A stretch of DNA of 64,000 nucleotides from an uncultured Holophagales bacterium (GTDB taxonomy: Bacteria > Acidobacteriota > Thermoanaerobaculia > Multivoradales > UBA5704). The DNA is taken from positions 768,001 to 832,000 of the forward strand of contig CAWJGT010000009.1 of the NCBI GenBank assembly GCA_963842525.1, given 5' to 3'. The translations under genes were made by a program, and so were the position numbers. The notes beneath the pieces are model-generated. The model searched no databases and was not told the DNA's origin. It saw only the letters and a program-made list of their open reading frames with translations. The number at the start of each line of letters is the position of its first letter. The first letter of the stretch is position 1. Shown piece after piece: positions 30,043 to 40,356 of this stretch.

Positions 30043-30750
30043 TCACCCCGCCACCGCTTCGATCCTGCCGTCCTCCAGCTCGCGGAAGAAGTCCACCAGC
30101 TCGGAGGACGAGCTCGCCATCTCCATGGTCAGACGATCGATCCGCTGCGTCAGGTAGTTGAACATCCACGCGGCCGGGATGGCGACCACCAGGCCCAGGG
30201 CGGTGGTCACCAGCGCCTCGGAAATCCCCTGCGAGACGGTGGCGGACCCGCCACCACCCCCCTGTCGGGCGATGCTGTCGAAGGCGTGGATGATGCCGAT
30301 CACCGTGCCGAACAGGCCGATGAACGGCGCGGTCGTGGCGATCGTGGCCAGGGTACCGATGCCGCGCCGGAGGTCGGCCGTGGTCTGCCAGGCGGATCGT
30401 TCGAGGGCCCGCTCCGCGGCCTCGATGATTTCGGCGGACGGGGCCGAGCCCCGGGCCTTTTTGCGCTGGAACGTGGCGAGCCCGGCCGAGACCACCCGGG
30501 CGAGGTGACTGTGCGGGAACTTCTCGGCCGCCTCGAGCGCCGACTGCAGCCAGTTCTCCTCGCGGCTCGAGGACAGCACCTGGGCGAAGCGCACCGACTG
30601 CCGCCGTGCGCGGGCGAAGACGATCAACCGTTCGATGGAGACCGCCAGCGACCAGACCGAAAGAAGGGCCAGGATCGCAATGACCACCAGACCCGTATTG
30701 CTCATCTGGTCCAGACGCAGAGCGGAGATGACGTCCGCGGCACTGTGCAT
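30043..30750 (-). CDS. MotA/TolQ/ExbB proton channel protein
   Basis: LATIATTAPFIGLFGTVIGI; GISEALVTTALGLVVAIPA. Confidence 0.93.
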   Translation of the reverse strand: MHSAADVISALRLDQMSNTGLVVIAILALLSVWSLAVSIERLIVFARARRQSVRFAQVLSSSREENWLQSALEAAEKFPHSHLARVVSAGLATFQRKKARGSAPSAEIIEAAERALERSAWQTTADLRRGIGTLATIATTAPFIGLFGTVIGIIHAFDSIARQGGGGGSATVSQGISEALVTTALGLVVAIPAAWMFNYLTQRIDRLTMEMASSSSELVDFFRELEDGRIEAVAG

Positions 30751-30880
30751 GAAAAGCTCCTTTCCGCCCGCGCAAATCGCGGGACGACGTGCCTCCAAGG
30801 CAAACAGTTCCGGGAGCGCTCCCTCGTTCGAATTGGACGGGGGAAAGCGGGATTTGGTTCCGGGGTCAGGGAGACGGGAT

Positions 30881-31792
30881 CTACTTCGATCTTTGGCTGA
30901 CGAACTGCACCAGCTCGCGCAGCGGGTCGGCCTTGCGGCCCAGGGGCTCGAGGGAGTCCACGGCGAAGCCGAGCAGCTCGCGCGCCAGGGCCTGGGCGCC
31001 GGGCACTCCGAGGAGCTTGACGAAGGTCACCTTGCCGGCGTCCTTGCCGGTGTCCTTGCCCGTCTCCTCCGGCGTGGCAAGCACGTCCAGCACGTCGTCC
31101 GCGATCTGGAAGGCGAGCCCCAGGTTCTTGGCGAAGCGGCTCACGGTCTCCAGGTCGCGACGGCGGGCGTCCGCGGCGATCGCGCCCAGCTCGGCGGCGG
31201 CCATGAACAGCGCGCCGGTCTTGTGGCTGTGGATGTATTCGAGGAGGCTCAGGTCCATCGCCTCCGGCTGCGACAGGAGGTCGAGCGCCTGGCCGCCGAT
31301 CAGGCCGCCGCTGCCGATCGCGGCGGCCAGGTGGTGGACCATGTCCTCCGGGGTGTAGCGCCGCAGCGAGAGCCGGTGCGCGCACTCGGCCACCAGGGCA
31401 TAGGACCGGTTGAGCAGCGCCAGGGCGGCGAGGAGGGCCACCGACTCGCCGAAGGCGCGGTGGACGGTGGGCCGGCCCCGCCGCAGGTTGGCGTCGTCCA
31501 TCGACGGCAGGTCGTCGAGCACCAGCGAGCAGGCGTGCACCATCTCGACCGCGCACGCCAAGTCGAGCACCGGGGCCGACCGCTGGCCGAAGAGCTCGGC
31601 CACCATGAGGGTGAGGACCGGCCGTACACGCTTGCCAGGGCCGGTCAGGGCATAGGCCATGGCCTGGTGGACGGTCTCCGGCCGCTGCTCCGCCGGCGGC
31701 AGGAGCTGCGGAAGACGGCGGTCCACCCTCTCCGCCAGGGCGGCCAGGCCGCCGGCCAGAGCGCGCGGGTGGGCAGCGGTCGTCGAGGTCAA
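30881..31792 (-). CDS. Polyprenyl (farnesyl/geranylgeranyl) diphosphate synthase
   Basis: GKRVRP, LDDLPSMDD, KTGALF, FQIADDVLD. Confidence 0.93.
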   Translation of the reverse strand: MTSTTAAHPRALAGGLAALAERVDRRLPQLLPPAEQRPETVHQAMAYALTGPGKRVRPVLTLMVAELFGQRSAPVLDLACAVEMVHACSLVLDDLPSMDDANLRRGRPTVHRAFGESVALLAALALLNRSYALVAECAHRLSLRRYTPEDMVHHLAAAIGSGGLIGGQALDLLSQPEAMDLSLLEYIHSHKTGALFMAAAELGAIAADARRRDLETVSRFAKNLGLAFQIADDVLDVLATPEETGKDTGKDAGKVTFVKLLGVPGAQALARELLGFAVDSLEPLGRKADPLRELVQFVSQRSK

Positions 31793-31796
31793 CGGA

Positions 31797-32132
31797 CTAG
31801 AAGCCCGCGCAGGCCTGGTCCTCGGTATCGTCGATGTCGAAGACCTGGGCGAGCTGTGTGATCTGCAGGACGAACTGGACCTTGTCCGGGAGGCATGCGA
31901 GACGGAGCTTCGCCCCCCGATTGGTTGTCGACGTATAGGCGCCCACCAGCTCGCCGATCGCTGTCGAGTCGATCGTCGTGACGTCCTTCATGTTGATGAC
32001 GATCTTCTTCGCTCCGCTGTCCAGAGCATCGTGGACCGCCTCGCGCAAGGCGAGATCGCTCTGCCCGATGGTGAGCTTCCCCTTGAGGTCCAGAATCGTC
32101 ACGTCATCCCGTTGCCGCACGTTCACTGCCAT
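31797..32132 (-). CDS. STAS anti-sigma-factor antagonist (RsbV-like)
   Basis: VTILDLKGKL; IDSTAIG phospho-Ser motif. Confidence 0.9.
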   Translation of the reverse strand: MAVNVRQRDDVTILDLKGKLTIGQSDLALREAVHDALDSGAKKIVINMKDVTTIDSTAIGELVGAYTSTTNRGAKLRLACLPDKVQFVLQITQLAQVFDIDDTEDQACAGF

Positions 32133-32134
32133 GT

Positions 32135-32596
32135 TCAAAACCCTCCTGGTTCGCTCGCCGCGGACTTCTCCTGCGGACCGCCGAGACGTTTGCGCAACGT
32201 CACCACCGTTCCGCCCCCTGGCCGAGCACCGTACTGAATCTGGTCCATGAAGCTCTTCATATAGAAAATGCCACGGCCGCTGGGCCGCAGCAGGTTCTCC
32301 GGAGCGAGCGGATCCTCCAGGTTCGTGGGGTCGAACCCCGCGCCTTCGTCCGCGACCCGCACGACGAGGTCGTTCCCTTCGAGGAACAGGTCGATGTGGA
32401 CCTGCTTCCCCGGGTCCTGGACGTTGCCGTGCTTGATGGCATTGGCGAGCGCCTCGCGCACCGCGAGGTCGACCCAATGGCGGCCGTCCTCGTCCACGCC
32501 GAGCCGCTCCAGAGCGTCCCGGAGGACCACCTGGACCAGCTCGATGTTCTCGAAACGGCTGCCGACGTCCAGATGGAAGCGGTGATCTTCGGACAT
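32135..32596 (-). CDS. Anti-sigma factor Ser/Thr kinase (RsbW-like)
   Basis: EALANAIKHGN, DEGAGF, SGRGIFYM. Confidence 0.9.
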   Translation of the reverse strand: MSEDHRFHLDVGSRFENIELVQVVLRDALERLGVDEDGRHWVDLAVREALANAIKHGNVQDPGKQVHIDLFLEGNDLVVRVADEGAGFDPTNLEDPLAPENLLRPSGRGIFYMKSFMDQIQYGARPGGGTVVTLRKRLGGPQEKSAASEPGGF

Positions 32597-32634
32597 GCCT
32601 TGCGGGCGCTCCAGTTCCTCGGGTGCGGAGTCTA

Positions 32635-33696
32635 TCAGAACCCCAGGAAGGCCGTGACCTTCGACCCCTGGGTTTCGAGGAGCTTCAGGACTCCGGGAAT
32701 GATGACCAGGAGCTGCACGCCGTCGAACAGCACATGGGCCGCGATGGCCGGCCAGATGTTCTGCCGCCATTTCACCACGAAGGCGTAGATCAGCGACAGG
32801 ATCGTGATGCCGATCAGCATGAAGGGCTGGCCGTAGGAGAAATGGGCGAGCACGAAGAAGCCGGTGGACAGCAGGATGCCCACCCGGGGCTGCAGGAAAC
32901 CGCGGAAGAACCACTCCTCGACGAAGCCGGCCGAGAGGCTGATCAGCAGGCGCGCCACGATCGGCAGGCCGGCGATCCAGGGGACCAGGGCCGGCGGCTG
33001 CTTCGGCAGGGCCTTCTCCCCGCCCAGGGCAAGGATGAGCAGGCCGATCAGGATCACCCCGACGAACACGGCCGCCCAGGCCCCGATCCCCAGCACCAGC
33101 CCGAGCCCGATCTCCCGCGGCGCGCTCGGCGCCACGAAACCGAACTGGAGCGCGAACTGGCGGGCCAGAGAGGCGGGCGGCGGCGGGGGAACAGAGGCGG
33201 AGACGGGAGCCGCGAGCTCGGCCGGAGCCTCGGAGCCCCTCACCCCCGACCCCTCTCCCATCTCCCTCCCTTCCCCCGGGAGAGGGGAGAAAAACTGTCC
33301 ATCCTCCCTGCTGTCTCTCGTGTCGTCTTCCCCCCTCTCCCGGTCGGTGGGAGGGAGATGGGAGAGGGGCCGGGGGTGAGGGGCCCCCGCAAACCCGAGG
33401 GCGAACCAGATCAGGGTCACCACCACCATCACGGCATGGAGAAGGAAGAGCTGCGGCACCGTGAGCTGCGCGACGTCGATCTCCACCTCGCGCCCGATCA
33501 TGCCCAGGGGGCCGGTGATCCCCACCCAGAACATGACGGTCATCAGCAGGAAGGCGGTCATCCGCCGCCAGGGCTGGCGGAATCCGGGAGGGGTCAGCCC
33601 CTTGGCCTCGGTCATCCGGTCCAGCGCATAGGCCGCCAGGAGCGCGAGGATGCCGGGAACGCCGAACCGGAGGGAATCTTCGAGGACGGGGGACAT
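32635..33696 (-). CDS. CPBP (CAAX/Abi) intramembrane metalloprotease with an in-frame palindromic insertion
   Basis: EEWFFRG, FVLAH, AHVLFD. Confidence 0.9.
   Translation of the reverse strand: MSPVLEDSLRFGVPGILALLAAYALDRMTEAKGLTPPGFRQPWRRMTAFLLMTVMFWVGITGPLGMIGREVEIDVAQLTVPQLFLLHAVMVVVTLIWFALGFAGAPHPRPLSHLPPTDRERGEDDTRDSREDGQFFSPLPGEGREMGEGSGVRGSEAPAELAAPVSASVPPPPPASLARQFALQFGFVAPSAPREIGLGLVLGIGAWAAVFVGVILIGLLILALGGEKALPKQPPALVPWIAGLPIVARLLISLSAGFVEEWFFRGFLQPRVGILLSTGFFVLAHFSYGQPFMLIGITILSLIYAFVVKWRQNIWPAIAAHVLFDGVQLLVIIPGVLKLLETQGSKVTAFLGF
33235..33384. repeat. 150-bp REP-doublet palindromic element inside the CPBP gene
   Basis: Arms GCCCCTCACCCCCG(A/G)CCCCTCTCCCATCTCCCTCCC are 35/36 inverted; length is 50 codons. 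Confidence 0.85.
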
Positions 33697-33962
33697 CAGA
33701 TCCTCTGCTTCGACCGGAAGTTGCGCAGCACGACACCCGCCTGGTTGAGGCGCTGCATGCGCCGCTGCCGGAGCTGGATGCCCGGCTGGTCGTCGAGGCT
33801 CGGCTGGTCGCCCCGCAGCTCGCGCATATGGCGGTCCATCTCGAAGGTGAGCTGGTCGAGGTCGGCCTTGGTCAGGGTGCGGAAGGTCCGCTCGGTGACG
33901 AGCGAATAGCCCTCCGCGATGTCCCGCGCCATGGCCCAGGCACTGCCGCCGGGAAACGCCAT
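33696..33962 (-). CDS. Small helical hypothetical protein (88 aa)
   Basis: MAFPGGSAWAMARDIAEG...; stop overlaps the CPBP start; host-like codon usage. Confidence 0.7.
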   Translation of the reverse strand: MAFPGGSAWAMARDIAEGYSLVTERTFRTLTKADLDQLTFEMDRHMRELRGDQPSLDDQPGIQLRQRRMQRLNQAGVVLRNFRSKQRI

Positions 33963-34124
33963 GGCGGGGATCATACCGTGGAGAAGGACAGCCCCGCGAG
34001 GGGCCAGGTGCACGATGTTACCTCGTGCTATTATTTCCCCCGCGGTTCCCCGACCGCTAAAATTCTGCCCGCAAACGATCCCTCGGATCGTTCCGAGCCC
34101 ATAGAAGAGAAGGAGGAGTCCCTC

Positions 34125-35366
34125 TTGAGCCGCTTCCCAGGCGTCGATCTCATGGATCTCGACGCGCTCCTCACGGAAGAGGAGCGGCTGGTGCGCGATA
34201 CGGTGCGCGCCTTCGTCGACGACAAAGTCAAGCCGATCATCGAGGAGTGCCACCGCGACGCGCGCACCCCTCTCGAGCTGGTCCCCGACATGGGCGCCTT
34301 GAACCTGTTCGGCGCCAGTCTTTCTGAATATGGCCTCCCCGGCCTGGGCGGCGTCGCCTACGGCCTCATCATGCAGGAGCTCGAGCGCGGCGACTCCGGC
34401 CTGCGCAGCTTCGTGTCGGTCCAGAGCTCGCTCGTCATGTATCCGATCCACGCCTTCGGTTCCCAGGAGCAGAAGGACCGTTGGATCCCGGCCCTGGCCA
34501 GCGGCGAGGCCATCGGCTGCTTCGGCCTCACCGAGCCGGACTTCGGCTCCAACCCCGGCGGCATGCGCACCACCGCCCGCAAGGCCGGCAACGAGTGGGT
34601 CCTCAACGGCTCCAAGCAGTGGATCACCAACGGCACCCTGGCCGACGTCGCCGTGGTGTGGGCCAAGACCGAGGACGGCGTACGAGGCTTCGTCGTCGAG
34701 AAGGGGACCCCCGGCTTCACCTCCTCCGACCAGCACGGCAAGTTCTCGCTCCGCGCCTCGACCACCTCCGAGCTGGGCTTCCACGACTGCCGCATCCCGG
34801 CCGACAACCTGCTGCCGAAGACCACCGGGCTCAAGAACGCCCTGATGTGCCTCAACCAGGCGCGCTACGGCATCGCCTGGGGCGGCATCGGCTCGGCCAT
34901 GGAGACCTTCCACACCGCCCTGGAGTACTCCAAGCAGCGGATCCAGTTCAACGGCCAGCCCATCGCCTGCCACCAGCTCGTCCAGGAGAAGCTCGCCTGG
35001 ATGGCGACCGAGATCACCAAGGGCCAGCTCCTCAGCTACCAGCTCGGCCGCTTGAAGGACAACGGCAAGCTCAAGCACTGGCAGATCTCCATGGGCAAGC
35101 GCAACAACGTCTGGGTCGCCCGCGAATGCGCCAAGCTCGCCCGTGAGATCCTCGGCGCCAACGGTATCGTCGACGACTACCCGGTGATCCGCCACATGCT
35201 CAACATCGAGTCGGTCTACACCTATGAAGGGACCCACGACATCCACGCCCTGATCCTCGGCGAGGCGCTGACCGGCATCCCGGCCTACAACGCGCCCGAA
35301 CGGCCGGAGCGGGCGCCGCAGCATCAGGAGCAGCCGGAAACCGCGTCGGCAGGAGGCGCCCGGTAA
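34125..35366 (+). CDS. gcdH: Glutaryl-CoA dehydrogenase-like acyl-CoA dehydrogenase
   Basis: AGGAGG then TTG; [27 protein letters not shown]. Confidence 0.88.
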   Translation: MSRFPGVDLMDLDALLTEEERLVRDTVRAFVDDKVKPIIEECHRDARTPLELVPDMGALNLFGASLSEYGLPGLGGVAYGLIMQELERGDSGLRSFVSVQSSLVMYPIHAFGSQEQKDRWIPALASGEAIGCFGLTEPDFGSNPGGMRTTARKAGNEWVLNGSKQWITNGTLADVAVVWAKTEDGVRGFVVEKGTPGFTSSDQHGKFSLRASTTSELGFHDCRIPADNLLPKTTGLKNALMCLNQARYGIAWGGIGSAMETFHTALEYSKQRIQFNGQPIACHQLVQEKLAWMATEITKGQLLSYQLGRLKDNGKLKHWQISMGKRNNVWVARECAKLAREILGANGIVDDYPVIRHMLNIESVYTYEGTHDIHALILGEALTGIPAYNAPERPERAPQHQEQPETASAGGAR

Positions 35367-36367
35367 TGGCCCTCGACCACCTCCTCGAGCAGGACTTCAT
35401 CCGCGTGACGGAGCAGGCGGCCATCGCGGCCGCCCGCACCATGGGGCTCGGCGACCGCCGCCACTCCGACCAGGTGGCGGTCGAGGCCATGCGCCGCGAG
35501 ATGGAGACCCTCCCCATGGATGGCCGCGTGGTCATCGGCGAGGGCGAGCGCGACAAGGCGCCCATGCTCTACGTCGGCGAGGAGCTGGGCTCGCTGCGCG
35601 GCAAGGACGGCGCCGCCGCGGTCGACATCGCGGTCGACCCTCTGGAAGGGACCAACCTCTGCGCCACCGGCTCGCCCGACGCCATCGCCGTGCTCGCCGC
35701 CTCCGAGCGGGGCGGCCTGCTCCACGCCCCGGATGTCTACATGGACAAGATCGTCGTCGGTCCCACGGCCCGCGGCCACATCCATATCGACGCCCCGGTG
35801 GCCGAGAATCTGCGCAATATCGCCTCCGCCTTCGCGCGCAAGGTGACCGACCTGACGGTCGTCGTGCTCGACCGTCCCCGGCATGCCCAGCTCATCGCCG
35901 ACATCCGCACGGCGGGAGCACGCATCCGGCTCATCTCGGACGGCGACCTCTCGGCCGGCGTCTCGGCGGCGGTGCGCGGCACGGGCGTCCACGCGGTCAT
36001 GGGGACCGGCGGCGCCCCGGAAGGAGTGATCACCGCCGCCGCCATGCGCTGCCTGGGCGGCGAGATCCAGGCGCGGTTCAGCCCGGAGGACGCTGGCGAC
36101 GACAAGCGGGAAGAGCAGGTCGAGCGCCTGAAGAAGCTCGGCTTCACCGACCTCAACAAGATCTACCGGACGGAAGAGCTGGCGCCGGGCGATGAGATCC
36201 TGTTCAGCTCGACCGGGGTGACCGACGGCGAGCTGCTGCGCGGCGTCCGCTTCTTCGGCGGCGGCTCGCGCACCACGACGCTGTTCATGTCGCTCTCGCG
36301 CAAGATCATCCGGTTCGTCGACACCATCCATCGCGAGCAGGTGACGACGCCGGTCCGATTCATTTGA
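35366..36367 (+). CDS. glpX: Fructose-1,6-bisphosphatase class II
   Basis: [31 protein letters not shown]. Confidence 0.95.
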   Translation: MALDHLLEQDFIRVTEQAAIAAARTMGLGDRRHSDQVAVEAMRREMETLPMDGRVVIGEGERDKAPMLYVGEELGSLRGKDGAAAVDIAVDPLEGTNLCATGSPDAIAVLAASERGGLLHAPDVYMDKIVVGPTARGHIHIDAPVAENLRNIASAFARKVTDLTVVVLDRPRHAQLIADIRTAGARIRLISDGDLSAGVSAAVRGTGVHAVMGTGGAPEGVITAAAMRCLGGEIQARFSPEDAGDDKREEQVERLKKLGFTDLNKIYRTEELAPGDEILFSSTGVTDGELLRGVRFFGGGSRTTTLFMSLSRKIIRFVDTIHREQVTTPVRFI

Positions 36368-36374
36368 TCCCGTT

Positions 36375-36420
36375 CCCTCACCCCCCGGCCCCCTCTCCCG
36401 TGCCGGGAGAGGGGGAGAAA
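36375..36420 (+). repeat. REP-like hairpin, same family as 33235-33384
   Basis: CCCTCACCCCCCGGCCCCCTCTCCCG-TGC-CGGGAGAGGGGG. Confidence 0.75.
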
Positions 36421-36445
36421 AGCAGGAGAGGCAGGAGAGACGCGT

Positions 36446-36934
36446 ATGATCAAGCCGGACCGCTGGATCCGCGAATGGGCCAGGAACGGCGGGGTGACGC
36501 CGTTCGAGGAGAGCCAGGTCAACGCCGCCAGCTACGACGTGCGGGTGAGCGACCACTGGATCTGCCCCACCCGCGACCCCGAGGAGCTCTGGGCCCCCCG
36601 CATCAAGCTCTTCCCCGGCGAGGTCGTCCTCGCCTCCACCATGGAGCACGTGCGCATCCCGCGCGACGTGGCCTGCGACCTCAAGCTCAAGTCGACCCTC
36701 GGCCGGGTCTGGATCAACCACTCCCTGGCCGGCTGGTGCGACCCCGGGTTCGAGGGCAACATCACCCTGGAGCTCCAGAACCTCGGTCCGCAGCCGTTCG
36801 TCCTCGAAGCGGGCAGGCGGATTGCACAACTGATCTTCATCGCGATGGAGTCCGAGCCCGAGGTCGCCTACGGCGAGCCCGGCTCGAGCAGCCACTACCA
36901 GGGCCAGAGAGGGACGACACCGGCCCGCGACTGA
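36446..36934 (+). CDS. dcd: dCTP deaminase
   Basis: ASYDVR, KSTLGR, DPGFEGNITLE, YQGQ. Confidence 0.9.
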   Translation: MIKPDRWIREWARNGGVTPFEESQVNAASYDVRVSDHWICPTRDPEELWAPRIKLFPGEVVLASTMEHVRIPRDVACDLKLKSTLGRVWINHSLAGWCDPGFEGNITLELQNLGPQPFVLEAGRRIAQLIFIAMESEPEVAYGEPGSSSHYQGQRGTTPARD

Positions 36935-37033
36935 AGCGCCTGAGATTGCTCCATGGTCATTGCAACCGTCGGCAGGACTTCCCCACCAGTCCCACCAGAT
37001 CATTCACGAAGCCCTATAATTCCTCGGACCATT

Positions 37034-38176
37034 ATGGGGATCGTCGGGAACCTGCGAACGATGCAGCTCGAAGAGCTGCTGCAATGGCTCTCTCTGAGCA
37101 AGAAGAGCGGCACGCTGGAGGTCAATGCCGAGAAGGTGGCCAAGAAGGTCTACTTCAAGGACGGCCTGATCGTCGCCTCCTCCTCCAGCCGCCCCGAGGA
37201 GCACCTGGGGCACTTCCTGGTCAGCCACGGCCTGATCAACGAGGGCACCCTCTCGAAAGCCATCGAGCTCCAGGAGGCCTCCGGGATGCTCCTGGGCAAG
37301 ATCCTGGTCACCCGCGGCTGGCTGACCGAGAAGGACCTGCACGAGATGCTCCGCCTCAAGACCGAGGAGAGCATCTACGACATCTTCGCCTGGGAAGAGG
37401 GGGACTTCCAGTTCCTCGACGACGTGCTGCCCGATGGCGCGATGGTGCCGATGGCGCTCGACGTCACCGGCATCGTCATGGAGGGGGTGCAGCGGGTCGA
37501 CGAGCTGCGGCGGATCCGCAAGCTGATCCCCAACGAGAACGTGATCCCGGTGCAGATCGCCGAATTCATCACCAAGGGGCTGGACGCGGGCGAACGGCAG
37601 ATCCTCGACCTCGTCAACGACGAACGGACAGTCGAGGAGATCCGGCTGCAGACCCACTCGGCCGAGTTCCACGTCTGCCGCGTGCTCCACCGCCAGTGGC
37701 AGGAGGGGCGGCTCAAGGTCGTCAAGCCGCGCTGGCGGCAGGAGACCGGGGCCCATCCGGTGGCTGTCGTGGCGGCGGGCCCCCTGACCGCCGACACACT
37801 GGTCGAGGCCGGCCGCAAGTACATGGAGCAGGGGGACTTCGAGCCCGCCCTGCGCCACATGCGGGCCGCCCGCAGCCTCGAGCCGGACAACCACGATGTC
37901 CAGGACGCACTGGCCCAGGCCGAGAAGGCGATCCGCAACGAGATCGAGAAGTCAGGCGTCAGCTTGGCCGCGGTGCCCCAGCTCGCCGTCGCCGTCGAGC
38001 AGCTCACCGGCTCGAAGCTCTCCCCGCAGGAAGGCTTCCTGCTCACGCGCATCAACGGCAGCTACGACATCCAGTCGCTGCTCAAGATCACCCCCATTCC
38101 CCAGCTCGACGCCCTCCTCTCCTTCTGGAAGCTCACCCGCCAGGGGTTCATCCAGCTCAAAGCGGGGAAGAAGTAG
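37034..38176 (+). CDS. DUF4388 (PatA_N-like) domain protein with TPR
   Basis: GNLRTMQLEELLQWL..KSGTL..YFKDG..FAWEEGDFQF. Confidence 0.85.
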   Translation: MGIVGNLRTMQLEELLQWLSLSKKSGTLEVNAEKVAKKVYFKDGLIVASSSSRPEEHLGHFLVSHGLINEGTLSKAIELQEASGMLLGKILVTRGWLTEKDLHEMLRLKTEESIYDIFAWEEGDFQFLDDVLPDGAMVPMALDVTGIVMEGVQRVDELRRIRKLIPNENVIPVQIAEFITKGLDAGERQILDLVNDERTVEEIRLQTHSAEFHVCRVLHRQWQEGRLKVVKPRWRQETGAHPVAVVAAGPLTADTLVEAGRKYMEQGDFEPALRHMRAARSLEPDNHDVQDALAQAEKAIRNEIEKSGVSLAAVPQLAVAVEQLTGSKLSPQEGFLLTRINGSYDIQSLLKITPIPQLDALLSFWKLTRQGFIQLKAGKK

Positions 38177-38243
38177 GGGGCGGACCGGCGGCCCATCAAC
38201 TGGGACGAGCGCCGGCCCGGGTTCGGATAAAATTGCGCAATAG

Positions 38244-39440
38244 CTATTGACAGAGATCGCCGCGGAGATTCTCGAAGCGGAATCTTTCGGAGGGAATCAG
38301 ACGGACCTGCTCCAACTCGTTTCGGAAGTCTCTCACAGCCGCTTTCACAAGCACAGCCCAATGGTCGGGGCCAGGTACGATCGTCAGATCGTTCGCCCGG
38401 GTCATCAAGACCGCTGTACCGACGACCCGCTCCTGCCCCGGCTTAGGATCGATCCTGCTGATCATCCAGCGGGACCCTTCACGCTCCGGAACTCGGAAGA
38501 CAAGATACAGATAACCGTCCCAGCCGAAGAGGCCGGCCGGCATCAGCGACTTCTCGATAGCCTGCATTACGACAGGTACATCCGCGCGGCTGAGCAGGTC
38601 CGGCAGGAGCGGCGCCGGCCTGCCCGCGAGTTCTTTCGGAAAGGCCTTTAACGGCTCGGCAGGCTGACCGGCCGAGGCGAAGCGGTAGATGCCCATCCCT
38701 TTGTCCACTGTCACAGCATAGGCAGTCTCGCCTACGGCAGCGATCATGGGATAGCCGAGTCGGTAGAAGATCCGCTCTGGAGCGCGCAACTTCCTCTGCG
38801 AGAGTATCTGAACCTCGGAGGGAATTCCCGGCGAAGAGCTTACGGGGAAACGCATGAACCCGCTGCTCCAGTTCGTCAGCTCGTCTTTGTTACCTCTGTA
38901 GAAATCGCCATACGCGACCACAAAGTCGCCTGCCATCTGCCAATCGAAGATACCCCCGACGTGAACCCACCCCCCCTTCACCGGCAGATCGACCGCACCC
39001 GCGCCTTCAACCATCTTCATCTGCCTCCGTTGGTCGACGGTCGCGAAGCGGTTCATGTCCATCTCGATGACCAGCGCTCGCTCCGGAGAGCCGCCGGCCT
39101 GAATCCGCCTTGGAAAGGAGTTGGTGAGTCCTACGGAAAACACCCGCGGAATCGCGACCTCGGCGCCAGGTTTCATCCTATAGTCGAGAATCTTGCGCTG
39201 AAAGGAGTCGGAGAGGAGCAGGTTTTCTGGGCCGTCCCACGCTCCGGAGACAACCCACTGAGGTGGGTTCTTCAGCTGGATCGACCGGCACGACCGCGCT
39301 GGCGCGCCCGCAGAAGTCCTCCCTTGCGCCAAAAGGGAGGGAGTCTCCGATCCAGAGCAACACCAAACACAGCAGCACGGCTAATGCTGCATAAGACCGC
39401 AATCGTTCACGGGAGCCGCCTCGCAGGCCGGTGGAAACCA
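38244..39440 (-). CDS. Hypothetical secreted protein (beta-rich); signal peptide probably separated by a frameshift near 39335
   Basis: 362-aa ORF 38244-39332; the adjacent frame gives YAALAVLLCLVLLWIG ending at a T run. Confidence 0.55.
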
Positions 39441-40356
39441 CATGCTGACGGTTCCCCTCGAACCCGCCGTACAGAGGCGGATCTCTTCGCCGACGACCTG
39501 GGCCCTCCTCGTGACGATGCAGGGGCTCGAAGCCTCGCTGGGAAACATACCGATCAGGGAAACGAAAATGATGCCCCCCCCCGTTTTCTTCATCCTCTGC
39601 GAACAAAGCTTCATTCTCTCTCCTCCCTTCAGAGCGCATAGGTTTGCCTCCTGTTTCGGGACAGGTAGACCCCATCTCCGGTGGATTTGTTTAGATCGGG
39701 ATCGATTCTGGTCTGTGGGGAGGAGATTGAGAACAAGCCTCACGGCCGAAGAGGAGAGCACCACAGCAGCGGAGACAGCAAGCGAGGAGGCTTTCTGCTC
39801 GGCTTCACCGTTCGGAGCATACACGGTTCGGCTTCCTTTCCGATCCACACGCATGATCGCCGCCATCTACCCGACCGTCGCGTCGGCGGAGAGCCGTCTA
39901 TAGGCATCTGCTCCGATTCGCGAAGTACCTACCTCCTGACGAGCTCCCAGAACTGGGTCGACGACGACATCACTCTAAAGCTTAAAGGAGCAGGGCAATT
40001 TTAGTCAATGGCCCCTTTCAAGTCAAGAGCGCTCCTCCGGCGCTCCAACACAACGGAACAAGCGGTGGGCGGAGGGGATACTCGGGGCTAAATAAAGCCG
40101 TGACAGTAACTTACGCGCATAGTGGCAAGAGACAAATCACCTTAACGCGAGAGAGTTTAGTGAGCTACGGATGCGCATTTCTGCATCCAGGTTCAAGTCC
40201 AGTTCAAGCGCCGAGGCTCTAGGCGTTCTCGATGTCTAGCTCCTACACTCTTCGGAGAGTGCTATCCTAGCAGGCTGAAGTATAGCCCATGGGGCCGCCA
40301 GTGCCGCGAGAACCGGCGCCGGCTGCTCTTTTTTGAACGCCCCAGGAGGTCACCGC

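Noticed and set aside
39440-40330. Small ORFs or an ncRNA in the A/T-richer gap
   Set aside because: No recognisable motif, convincing RBS-ORF pair or stable repeat structure; most likely a divergent promoter region with decayed sequence
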